Shown in pieces: positions 13,378-25,132 of a stretch of 64,000 nt of DNA. The translations under genes and the position numbers were made by a program. The notes beneath the pieces are model-generated. The model made no database searches. It saw only the letters and a program-made list of their open reading frames with translations, and had not been told where the DNA came from. Numbering within the stretch: the stretch's first letter is position 1; each line of letters opens with the position of its first letter. The stretch comes from Eledone cirrhosa (Eukaryota): assembly GCA_964016885.1 (NCBI GenBank), contig OZ024741.1, positions 126,046,001-126,110,000 on the forward strand, read 5' to 3'.

Positions 13378-13504
13378 AAAGTTCTATTTAAATTGTTGGG
13401 ATACAACAAGCAAATATTTTTATAACTGATATAAAGCACTCGACAAGTATTTGGAGTAAATATACGATATTAACAAATGGAAACTATATTTATAAAACCA
13501 TATC

Positions 13505-13569
13505 TATTTTATTATACATATTTCAAGGATACCATGTTAAATTATGTTATGCTTTCATCAGACAAAATA
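13505..13569 (-). ncRNA. Type I hammerhead ribozyme (family B)
   Basis: Reverse complement of 13731-13795. Confidence 0.7.
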
Positions 13570-13730
13570 CAATATATACCAGTTTTATAAATAAATATTG
13601 ACATACCCTTACAAAATGCAACCGTTACTATTGGAAGACATCGGGATAGACTATCCCGATGTCTTCCAAAAGTAACGGTTGCATTTTGTAAGGGTATGTC
13701 AATATTTATTTATAAAACTGGTATATATTG

Positions 13731-13795
13731 TATTTTGTCTGATGAAAGCATAACATAATTTAACATGGTATCCTTGAAATATGTATAATAAAATA
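13731..13795 (+). ncRNA. Type I hammerhead ribozyme (family B)
   Basis: tattttgt-CTGATGA-stem II-GAAA-tatgtaT-A-ataaaata; 8-bp stem I; near-palindromic stem III. Confidence 0.7.
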
Positions 13796-13834
13796 GATAT
13801 GGTTTTATAAATATAGTTTCCATTTGTTAATATC

Positions 13835-13911
<77 letters not shown>

Positions 13912-14276
13912 AGTATGACACAAACTCTCAAAGCACATATAGTTATATTACCGGTCATAAACATGTAGAGGAAATTGCAAATTATTGACTGTGATTTATT
14001 TTAATCAACCATGCGAGAAGATATAGGAAGGCTTTATCAGCTTCATCAAAGGGAGATAATATACTAATATATATGTATGCTTTTCACAATGTTTCCATTT
14101 TACACTGAATTTACATTGATTCAGGACGTTTATTACACCCTACTCTCCCTCTCCCCCTCTCTCTACACACACGTATGGTACATACTACCATATTATATTC
14201 GATTGCAGGTGACATCTGAAATAGTATGTATGGGTACACACACACACATGTATATGTATATATATATATATATATA

Positions 14277-14790
14277 TAGTTTTAATATAGATGAGATTCT
14301 ACAGGACTAGAACTGTTTCATTCTTTAGAAATCATCAGGAATCTGGCTTTCCAAGATAAATGTTGTGGTATTTATATCTTTTCAGGTGGTAGGAGAGGGT
14401 GGGGAGTGGGATGGGTGGAGGTCATTGGTTGAAAGAAAAGGGAATTCATTAAAACTAATTCTTTAAGGCTATAATTTATATTTAGAGTGACAAAAGCAGA
14501 TAGAATTCTATAAACAAGTTCAGATTGGGGAGCCACTCCTTATTTTAAATTTCTCTTAAGCTAACAATGCCTATATTTCAGGTGTCTATAAGATGGTTGG
14601 GGGTCGGTCATGGTTGATGGATTTAAAGAAAAGGGAAATTCTTTAAAAGCTAATTCTTTAAAGCTCTACTTAGAAAGACAAAGGCCAAGAGAATTCTATA
14701 AACCAGTTCAAAATATTGGGTGCCTATCATACCATTATTGTCATGTTTCTCTTAAGCTATATTCCAGGTGTCAACAGACACATTCTCACA
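14277..14790 (-). mobile_element. Non-coding hammerhead element, family F (two internal subrepeats)
   Basis: Reverse complement of 29490-29817 plus one extra ~170-bp internal unit; flanked by (TA)n and (CA)n. Confidence 0.8.
14294..14344 (-). ncRNA. Type I hammerhead ribozyme (family F)
   Basis: Identical reverse complement of 29750-29800. Confidence 0.8.
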
Positions 14791-14857
14791 CACACACACA
14801 CACATATACATATATATATACATATATATATATAAATATATACCTATATATATATAC

Positions 14858-14954
<97 letters not shown>

Positions 14955-14967
14955 CATATATATATAT

Positions 14968-15003
<36 letters not shown>

Positions 15004-15042
15004 GATATTAATAAATGGAAACTATATTTATAAAACCATATT

Positions 15043-15107
15043 TATTTCATTATACATATTTCAAGGGTACCATGTTAAATTATGGTATCCCTTCATCAGA
15101 CAAAATA
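15043..15107 (-). ncRNA. Type I hammerhead ribozyme (family B)
   Basis: Inverted copy of 15256-15320. Confidence 0.7.
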
Positions 15108-15255
15108 CAATAAATACCAGTTTTATAAATAAACATTGACGTACCCTTTCAAAATGCGATCGTTACTTTTGGAAGAAATCAGGATGTCTTCCAAAAGTAA
15201 CGGTCGCATTTTGAAAGGGTACATCAATGTTTATTTATAAAACTGGTATATATTG

Positions 15256-15320
15256 TATTTTGTCTGATGAAGGCATACCATAATTTAACATGGTACCCTT
15301 GAAATATGTATAATGAAATA
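15256..15320 (+). ncRNA. Type I hammerhead ribozyme (family B)
   Basis: tattttgt-CTGATGA-aggcataccat...atggtaccctt-GAAA-tatgtaT-A-atgaaata. Confidence 0.75.
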
Positions 15321-15494
15321 AATATGGTTTTATAAATATAGTTTCCATTTATTAATATCGTATATTTACTCCAAATACTTGTCGAGTGCTTTATATCAGT
15401 TATAAAAATATTTGCTTGTTGTATCCCAACAATTTAAATAGAACTTTTGCATATATATATATATAAATATATATATATACATATATACACACAT

Positions 15495-15599
<105 letters not shown>

Positions 15600-15636
15600 T
15601 ATATATATATACATATATACACACATATACATACAT

Positions 15637-15711
<75 letters not shown>

Positions 15712-15752
15712 TTCAAAATATTAACAAAAATAGACATTGGTGTGATCAAGTA

Positions 15753-15819
15753 TATTTTATTATACATATTTCAGAGGTACTGAGCTATCTTCAACAGTTC
15801 GTCCTCGTCAGATAAAATA
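15753..15819 (-). ncRNA. Type I hammerhead ribozyme at the PLE 3' end
   Basis: tattttat-CTGACGA-ggacgaactg...cagtacctct-GAAA-tatgtaT-A-ataaaata. Confidence 0.75.
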
Positions 15820-17727
15820 AGATGATGCATGACATACCCAGTCATCGTAGTGAATATGATATGACAAGACTCAATATTTATATAGCTTAAGATTGAGACA
15901 TGAACAAATTTACATATAATACAGAGGGTGCGTGTGAGAAAGCTTAAAAATACATAATAGCAATTTACATAACTGTTAGAGATTCAAATAATTTAAATTA
16001 TTGAAGAAAGAAAGAAGAAAGACAGTGAGAAGCAGATGAGGAACAAATATAGTTACTAGAAGTATAGAAAGCAAAAGAGAATTGATCAAGGGGAATAATT
16101 TTTATATTATAAAGCATAGATAAATACATGAATATACATTTCGGCATAGCTATGTGAAAGAGTAAACTCGAATCTTTGAATTATCTAGAAGTATCCATCT
16201 ATCTAAATATTAAATATATCTGGGTGTAATTATATGAGGGTTTAATTTCGAGTCCTCAATTAATAAGAAATATACTAACAATTATTTATATACACTATAT
16301 ATATCCAAACTTATCCGGCTGACCGTTATATTTCGAATTCCTTATGTTAGTTCAGAATAATGGATTAATCTAAAGGTATATTTTAGGCTATAAAAGTTTA
16401 TAAATGTCTATATTAATATTAAAGTATACTAACATTTAATTTATAAAATCATATTTAAAGTATTTTCATCCACACGAAGGTAAACCATATTAAATTATAT
16501 TATCTTATATTATTTTCCTATATTAAAATAATTCTCACTATATAATTTAGAAAATAATTACAGTTATAACTTTAAAAATTTTAAATTAACAATTAGAATG
16601 CCCTAAAGTATCTAAAGGCCTTATAATTAAACTTTAAAAAGTTATTATTAAATTAGATATAAGCATTTGTCTAAATATATACAAAGAGTATATTGTCTAA
16701 AGTTCAAGACGATATTAGTCAGTTATACATAACATAATATAATATAATATAATATAATATAATAAATAAGTTACTGTTAATATTGTTACAATTAAGGTTC
16801 TAGATCAATTATTGTATCTTAGGATCATGTAATACATATATACTATACAAATTTCATGAATCATAAGGATACGAACCAGATTCAAAGTAAATAAGTAAAT
16901 TGTTTGCGATCATATAAGTGCCAAATATTTAAGCTATATAATTTAAAATACAAGAAAATTTTTAAGGATCTATATTGTAGTATAATATCATATTTAAAGT
17001 GTCTGCAAACATGAGAAAGAGAAAACTTAAGATTTTCATCGACCCGAAGGTAACCCGGATTTAATTAAATAAAAAAATAATAATCGTTATATAATTTAGA
17101 AAATATTTAACAATTATAACACTAGAATGTCCTTAAGTATCTAAAGTATTTATAAATGTAGCTAGAAGCATGTTATTATACTAGATATACACATTTGTCC
17201 AAATATATACAGAGTATTCTGTTCGGAACTCAAGACGATATTAGTGATCCATATACATATAATAAATAAATAATAAAAACATTGTTAGTAAAGTTATAAT
17301 TGAAGTTTAACATCAAGTTAAGTGGAAAAAGTTTGTCGACTAGGATCGTGTACGACGCATATACCATACATATATATAAACAAATATAAATATATAAATC
17401 AAACATCCTGAATCTTAAAACTAACATACTCCAAAAGAATAAATACATAAATACGTAAAAGCATGAATTGCTTACGGTTCATTACAACTGTCAACCATAT
17501 AAGCTATATATTTAAAAAAATACAAGAATCCCAATCAAATTAAATGTATCTACACAATAAAAAAATATGCATATTCATCAAGAGATCGTGTTAACAATCT
17601 ATATGTTAATATATTTATATAGAACCCTTAATCTAACATTAATCATATCATAAATGAGTAAAAAAAATTAATATAACATTTTACGCACTCAGTTGATACG
17701 AGACGTCAAAAATTAGAACGTATTTAT

Positions 17728-19411
17728 TTAGTGTTTTTTCCTGACTTTTTGCGAGGCTTGGAATGTAGAGGAAGCTTTATGAAGGCAATTTGAGAATAAT
17801 TCACTTTTTTTGTTAATTAAATTATCATAATTATTAATTATTAATAGGGTCTCCATAGTACAGAGATTGCAGTTAGGTGATATTGACGAATTCGAGTATA
17901 TTCGACTATTACACAGCTTCGACCAAGAAATCGAGTATTTTAAATGTTTGTCTTTTAACGACCATATAAGTTGTGATAAAGAAGTCGAAGATTTCCTATT
18001 AGGATTCGAAAAAGAGTATTTGTGATTTGAAAATCTTAATTTAAATGTCGATGAAGTTGCACCAATGTAGCTGTATGTGATGTTATTTGCTTTTACGGTG
18101 CATTTATAGACCAGATTGTTATCCAGACAATTATTTTGCAGAGGGCAATTTGATCTATTCCTACAATTACATTTCGATTTATTGTTATTACTATAAATTG
18201 GACAATTGACATTAACATTGTTAGTACAAACCATATAACTGATTTAGTTCTGATTTTTTTCACCGATTTATTCACGGTATTGGTGTTTGTATTATAATTT
18301 TTAGAATCTCGTTTGTATATATTAGTCTTATTTTTATCAGGATTATAATTCAAATTATATATTCAATATATATTCTATATATTCAATATTATTCAATATT
18401 ACATCTATATATTTAATATCTATATATTCAATATTATTTTTATAACCCGCCTTTCGTAGCGCGTCATTATAATATCCTGCTTTTTCATCAAATATGGATT
18501 TATTAGCGGATATTCTAGTTATGCGTTTCTGTACACTATTGACTATTGCATTTTTCACGGATTTAGGGTGATTAGAGTAATAGGTAACGCAATTTAAGTT
18601 TTCATTGGCTTATGGAAAGGGTAATAAAAACCAGAGTTTAAGTTAAGGGTAACGTCAAGGAAATTAATTATTTTGGTACTACTTTCAACTTCTAATTTAA
18701 GGTCATAATTTTTAAAGAATTCAATTATAGTCTTCTTAACCCTATTTAATTCTGTATTGCTATGTTTGACAACCGTAAATAAAATATCGTCCCTATATAA
18801 ACCACCGGTAATCTCCGGCAGTTTTCTATTTACCATATTTAAGATAAAAATCCCCAGAAGATCGGTGACCTGCGCTGAGTCCGACGATCCCATGGTAATG
18901 TCAAAGTCTCTATTCCTATCTGAACGGGTCCAATACTCATTGTTGAAATTAATTAGAGTTCTTCTAGCAGATAATATCATATTGATTTCATCTGTAGTTA
19001 GATCTGTATGTTTGTAAGCGTAGGATAAAGCCTTGTTTAATAGGTTAGGTGTAATAGAAGTATAATAGCTTGCTATGTCAATTTGGATGAATTTGTGATT
19101 TTTCTTATTATCTATATTTTTATAGTGTCCTTCCATAAGCTCAATTTAGACTTCAATTTCAGAGTAGGAAGAATTCTATCAATAATATTCTTACTGATTA
19201 CTCCAATATCCGATTCAGATGGAGCTATCAGTCTAACTGGCAGGTCTTCCTCAAAGTTTCTCTTGTGATCCTTAAAATTGATCCTCGGCTGTCTAGGTAT
19301 AAATGGCTCGGTTCTTCCTTCAATTCCAAGTTTGGCTATTAATTTAAATGCATCATTATTGATGTCTATAAGATCTTCAGCCGAGTGCTTCCAATCTATT
19401 GTAATACTCAT
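17728..19411 (-). pseudogene. Disrupted PLE RT-GIY-YIG ORF
   Basis: Five ORF pieces in shifting frames; the segment after VIWF is deleted relative to the 55450-55580 copy. Confidence 0.9.
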
Positions 19412-19442
19412 TCTTTGATTTATTCATTGAATCTTGTTTAAC

Positions 19443-19565
<123 letters not shown>

Positions 19566-19600
19566 CATACATATAAATAAATATAAATATACACATATAC

Positions 19601-19828
19601 AAACAATTGTTAAACAATTGTTAAACAACCCAACCAGGAGCTGGACATATCGGAGTATTGACGGAGTAAAACACTTTAACAACATGTATACCTGTCTCTA
19701 CCACATCAATTCGGACTGCCTGAAGAGGTCACAGCCAATGATGGTTGTCACAGAAATATATATAGCAGTACATACTTAATAAACGAAGCCAAATTTTAAA
19801 TATTTGACTTAATTACTTTATTTTATAT
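19601..19828 (+). mobile_element. Single-arm copy of hammerhead element family A
   Basis: Colinear with 12198-12397 (ccaggagctggacatatcg...ctgcctgaagaggtcaca...aataaacgaag...ttgactta). Confidence 0.85.
19715..19769 (+). ncRNA. Type I hammerhead ribozyme (family A)
   Basis: actgc-CTGAAGA-ggtcacagcca...tggttgtcaca-GAAA-tatataT-A-gcagt; palindromic stem III ATATATAT. Confidence 0.75.
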
Positions 19829-19832
19829 ATAC

Positions 19833-21669
19833 GGGGCGAACTCCTCGCTCTCCGCTCCCTCCGTAACCGAGATGACATCGTCATCAAACCGGCGGACAAG
19901 GGAGGCGCCGTGGTGGTGTGGCGCGCGGACCTCTACACGGCCGAAGCCTTCAGGCAGCTCTGTAACCCCCCTCTTCTACCGCCCTCTACCCTCCGATCCC
20001 TCCCCTCTACCAACAACAAGTCTCCTCCACCATCCAAGACCTTATCGCCTCCTCCCTCCCCCCATCGCTTCCCACCTCATCGTCCGCACCCCCGCCATCT
20101 ACTTCCTCCCCAAACTCCACAAACCCGACAACCCCGGCCGCCCCATCGTCTCCGCTTGCAACTGCCCCACCGAACTCATCTCCGCCTTTCTCGACTCCAT
20201 CCTCGCCCCCCTTGTCACCACCCTCCCCTCCCACATCTCCGACACCAACCACGCCCTGCGCCTTTTCGATTCCTTCACCTACCCACCCGGCCCACAGCCC
20301 TTCCTCTTCACCCTAGACATCAAGTCCCTCTATACCGTCATCCCCCACGCCGACGGCCTACGCGCCCTCAAACACTACCTCGACCTTCGCCCCTCCCCCA
20401 TTTCCCTCCACCCCACCCTCCTTCGCCTCGCCGAGCTGGTCCTCACCCTCAATTGTTTCTCCTTCTCGGGTGAGTTTTACCAACAGGTCACGGGGGTAGC
20501 CATGGGTACAAGAATGGGCCCGAACTATGCCAACCTTTTTGTTGGCCATGTTGAGGCCCAAATCTTTTCCCAGTACACCGGCCCCACGCCCGAACTGTAC
20601 GGTCGTTACATTGACGACTGTATCGGAGCCACGACCCTTACCCGAGAACAGCTCGACTCCTTTCTCTCCTTCTTCTGCTCCTTCCACCCTCCCTCCCTCC
20701 ACTTCACCACCTCTATCTCGACTACCCACGTCCACTTCTTAGACATCTCCTTCGCCTTCGACCCCTCCCACCACTCCCTCGTCACCTCCGCCTTCTTCAA
20801 ACCCACCGACTCCCACTCTTACCTCGACTTCACCTCTTCCCACCCCACCCACACTAAACACTCCATTCCCTACTCCCAACTCCTCAGGATCCGCCGCCTC
20901 TGTAGCCGAGATGCTGACTTCGAGTCCCAGGCCCTTTCCCTAGTCAGCCATTTCATCCGCAGAGGTTACCCCCCTCTCTCGTCCACACCGCTCTCACCCG
21001 CGCCCGTGCTGTCCACCGCTCCACCACCCTCACCCCACACCCACCCACCGTCTCCCCTTCCCCATCACCTACCACCCCTCCACCTTACCCCTCCACCGCA
21101 CCATCCGTCGCCTCTTCCGACGCCTCCAGTCCGACCCCTCCACCTCCCACATCTTCCCAACCCCACTACTCCCCTCCTTCAAATGCGCACGCAATCTCCG
21201 CACCCTCCTCGTCCACAGCTCCCTGCCCCCAACCCACGCTCTGTTCCCCTCCGGTTCCTTTCCCTGTTCTAGGCCCCGCTGCAACACCTGTCCCCACATC
21301 ACCAACACCACCACCTTTCAGGGTCCCAACGGCCACTCTCTCTCTGTCCGGCATGCCTTCCGCTGCACCTCCTCCAACCTAGTCTACGGACTTCGCTGCA
21401 CCGAGTGCAGCGCGACTTATGTCGGACAGACGGGACGTCGCCTGGCGGACCGTTTCACTGAGCACCTCCGGGATATTCGTCTCGGTGGTAGTTCCCCCAT
21501 CGCCCGCCACTTTGGTGGCTCTGGACATTCCGCACGCCATCTCACAGTCTGTGGCCTACTCCAATGCCACGGAACACCCGCCAATCGCCTTAGAGTCGAA
21601 CAAAGAACTATCTTCATCTTACAGACCCACACTCCCCCCGGCCTGAACTCCCCACCCTTATTCCTTTAG
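19833..21669 (+). pseudogene. Frameshifted Neptune RT-GIY-YIG ORF
   Basis: Core RT lies in ORF 19872-21272; frameshifts fall in C-rich stretches; stop tag at 21667-21669. Confidence 0.88.
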
Positions 21670-23111
21670 CCTTCGACCGCCCCCCCACTTATCCCCCACT
21701 AACACACCCCTCCTTTTCACCGCCCACCCCACAACTAACAATACTAACACCTCCACTCCACCCCTCATCCGACCACCCTTCCCTAACTAACATACCTCCC
21801 TTCTTCTCCTCCCCCCTCCTTATCACACGCACACACCCACCGGCACATATATACACGCGCTCACACTAAACACACACCCTACTACCACCACTAACCCTCA
21901 CCCCCACACCTCCATCCCAGCACCCCGCAACTAACCTCACTAACACCCCCTGACCCCAAGCACACGAACACACGCATCCACTTACACCACCCACCCCACA
22001 CGCAACTAACATCACTAACACCCCCAACCCCACACACACGTACCCACACACCCTCGTACACCACCAACTCTACACACCCTACCACCACCAACCCCCACTC
22101 ACACCTGCATTCAACCCTTCCCCACCTCCCGTATACTAACACCCCTTCATCAAACTACACACACACCAGTACACCACACTCCCTCCATAGAACTACACAC
22201 ACCCTTCTCTCCCCGCTCCACCCACACCCTCACTCCACACTCACTCATCCCACTAACACCTCTACTAATACACACACACACCCTCCTCACTCCAACTTTC
22301 ACACCTACCCATCCTCGCCCCTTTACCATTCCACCCGACTGTTGCTATGCCCCCTGACCACCTCCCAGCACAAACAGACACACAGCACTTCCACCGCTTG
22401 ACCACTTCCTGTTGCGCGCGCACCCCACATCTCTCCTCTTCCGACCATCTCTTCATGGAATACTCGTATGTGGAACTTGACCACCACGGAATCTACTAAA
22501 CATCATAGGAATTTACCAACATTTCAACCATCCTCTTACGGAATCACCTATATAACTCACCCACACGCACACCCAAAACAATTTTTTTCTCCCACACACC
22601 ACCTACACCCACAACACGCTTAAACCCCACACACACGTACTTTCCACCACATATTTACACCCTCAGTCTCCTGATTCCTCTCCTCCCACCCCTCTACCCA
22701 CACACGCACAGACACTCCGACCTAAACCACCACCCCACACACACACCTTCCTGAACATGCAACCCCGTTCTTCCCCCAACCCTTACTTTCACATACACAC
22801 ACACACACACGTACACCTACACACACACACCACCTTCAGCCCTCCCCGCTCGGACACCCCATCTCCCTCTCCCCACTCCACCCGCCACCACCCCTACACA
22901 CCCCAAACCCTTCCACCACCTGTTTTACCCCTTTTTAATTTCAGTTTATTTTGATCATGCTTTTATATTTATTTTTTATTTCATTCCTTGTATTTTGATC
23001 ATGCTTTATTTTTATTTTAATTTTTAATTTCATTCGCACCGTTTCCTTTCGCTATATGTCTCTCCACCACTCCCCTACACACCCTTTGAACTCTGTTCCC
23101 ACACACTTCTC

Positions 23112-23143
23112 ACCTGAGGAAGGGCTTATGCCCGAAACGTCGT
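23112..23143 (+). ncRNA. Minimal type I hammerhead ribozyme (PLE-type)
   Basis: ac-CTGAGGA-a-gggc-ttat-gccc-GAAA-cg-TC-gt; palindromic ACGT stem III; GUC site. Confidence 0.8.
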
Positions 23144-23231
23144 TCCCCACCACCACCCCACTCTCCAGAGCGTGAAATTAATAAACATTCGTTGTACTGC
23201 CTCTCTGTTTTGTTCCTGTTCAAATTTTTCC

Positions 23232-23233
<2 letters not shown>

Positions 23234-23289
<56 letters not shown>

Positions 23290-23541
23290 CATATCGCTGT
23301 GTGTACGTGCGTTCATATGTACCTGCATATGGGTATGTTTGTGTATGTTTGTGTGTATATATATATATATATATATGTATGTATATATATATATATATAT
23401 GTGTATATATATATGTATATGTATATGTATATGTGTATATATGCATATATTTGTATGTGTATGTATATGTGTATATAGATATGTGTGTGTGTGTATATAT
23501 ATGTATATATATGTATGTGTGTATGTATATGTGCATATATG

Positions 23542-23578
<37 letters not shown>

Positions 23579-23665
23579 GTGTGTATATATGTGTATATAT
23601 ATGTGTATGTGTATGTATGTGTGTATGTATATGTATGTATATATATATATATGTGTGTGTATGTG

Positions 23666-23708
<43 letters not shown>

Positions 23709-23763
23709 ATGTGTGTGTGTGTGTGTGTATATATATATGTGTATATATATATATGTATATATG

Positions 23764-23796
<33 letters not shown>

Positions 23797-23803
23797 GAAT
23801 ATA

Positions 23804-23888
<85 letters not shown>

Positions 23889-23911
23889 ATGTATCTGTGT
23901 ATATGTGTATA

Positions 23912-23956
<45 letters not shown>

Positions 23957-23978
23957 ATGTATCTGTGTTTATGTGTAT

Positions 23979-24036
<58 letters not shown>

Positions 24037-24263
24037 GTGTGTATATATATATGTATATATATATGTGTGTATATATATATGTGTATGTGTGTGTGTATGT
24101 ATATGTATATATATGTGTATGTATATGTATATATATATATATATATATGTATATGTATATGTATGTATATGTATATGCATATATATATATATATGTATAT
24201 ATATATGCGTATGTGTGTATATGTATATATGTATATATATGTATGTGTGTATATGTATATATG

Positions 24264-24300
<37 letters not shown>

Positions 24301-24310
24301 ATGTATATAT

Positions 24311-24342
<32 letters not shown>

Positions 24343-24385
24343 GTATGTGTATATGTATATATATACATATATATATATATTTATT
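23234..24385. repeat. Compound (TA)n/(TG)n microsatellite
   Basis: Directly visible; similar arrays at 3645-3830, 14790-15000, 15450-15710, 19445-19600, 28355-28650, 29005-29490, 46955-47330, 48690-49050, 61060-62255, 62930-63145. Confidence 0.95.
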
Positions 24386-24688
24386 AAAATAACAGATTAA
24401 AGTTTAAGCAAAGAATCGCTGCTTTCACCCTTATATATATGTATATGTGTGTGTATATTTATATATACATAAGTAAATATCTTTAGGTCGTTTGGAAGCC
24501 TCGACAATGCAAATGGGTAAATCACCGGGTAACAAGGTCCGGTGGTGGAGAGAGAGATGTAATTGGGTGTACGTTGAGAAGCGTGGTGTGTATAAGATGT
24601 TTGAGATGTGTAGAATGAGGGAAGAGTATACAGGTTAAAATAAAAATAACAACACAAGAGAGAGTTACCTTGGGAGAGATTTAATAGT

Positions 24689-24724
24689 CCCTATATATTT
24701 CGGATTCACATCCATCAACTGGGG
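24689..24724 (-). ncRNA. Variant minimal hammerhead-like motif in the 3' pLTR
   Basis: ccc-CAGTTGA-t-ggat-gtga-atcc-GAAA-tata-TA-ggg; non-canonical positions 4 and 6. Confidence 0.55.
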
Positions 24725-25132
24725 TTTTTTTCCGGGGTGGTGGAAAAAGGTTGTCTGTCGGACAAGCCCGGAACGCGTCTTTCGCTGTTTGTTGTTTTGA
24801 ATATCTGAGGTATTCGGCAGAGCGCGCGTGCGCGTGAAATGGGGTCGGTCGTACAGAGGTCAGCGGCCGAATGAGGGAGTGGGATGGCGCTAGCTGTCAG
24901 TCCATTCTCTGCCTGTTTGTTAAATGTTACTGAGTGTGTGTGTGCGTGTGTTGTTGTCTCGCTTAAGTGTGTGTGTGTGTGTGTGTGTGTGTGTTGTTGC
25001 CTTCTTCATCTGTATTGGCAGTGTAGTATGTTCGTATGGTGGAATGCTACTGTGTGTGTGTGCGTGTGTGTGTGTAGTTGTCTCGTTTGCGTGTGTGTGT
25101 GTGTGTTGTGTGTTGTTGCATCACTTGTTAAC

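Larger units (their letters stand above)
13375..13840. mobile_element. Fold-back hammerhead element, family B copy 1
   Basis: Near-perfect palindrome 13460-13840 centred on 13650 (gggatag-a-ctatccc) plus an 85-bp one-sided tail; (TA)n on both sides. Confidence 0.9.
15000..15450. mobile_element. Fold-back hammerhead element, family B copy 2 (opposite orientation)
   Basis: Palindrome ~15000-15364, centre ttggaaga-aatcaggatg-tcttccaa; same 85-bp tail, here on the right; (TA)n on both sides. Confidence 0.9.
19833..23233 (+). mobile_element. Penelope-like retroelement, Neptune-type, 5'-truncated
   Basis: [48 protein letters not shown]; linker PCSRPRCNTCPHI; GIY-YIG VYGLRC..C...YVGQT.R.L..RF.EH; 1.5-kb C/A-rich 3'UTR with HHR; ends at (TA)n. 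Confidence 0.95.

Noticed and set aside
13460-13840. Palindromes as sequencing/assembly fold-back artefacts
   Set aside because: Arms differ by substitutions and indels, ends coincide with element boundaries, and the design recurs in several families; read support is still worth confirming
17728-19411. Selenoprotein/recoded (Naiad-type) PLE
   Set aside because: The endonuclease is C-terminal and the breaks are frameshifts/deletions rather than conserved in-frame TGA codons
23126-24400. Long YI/VC/HT-repeat ORFs here and at 3586-4464, 14610-15815, 28157-29565, 46528-47416, 61002-63227
   Set aside because: Stop-free translations of (TA)n/(CA)n microsatellites, not genes
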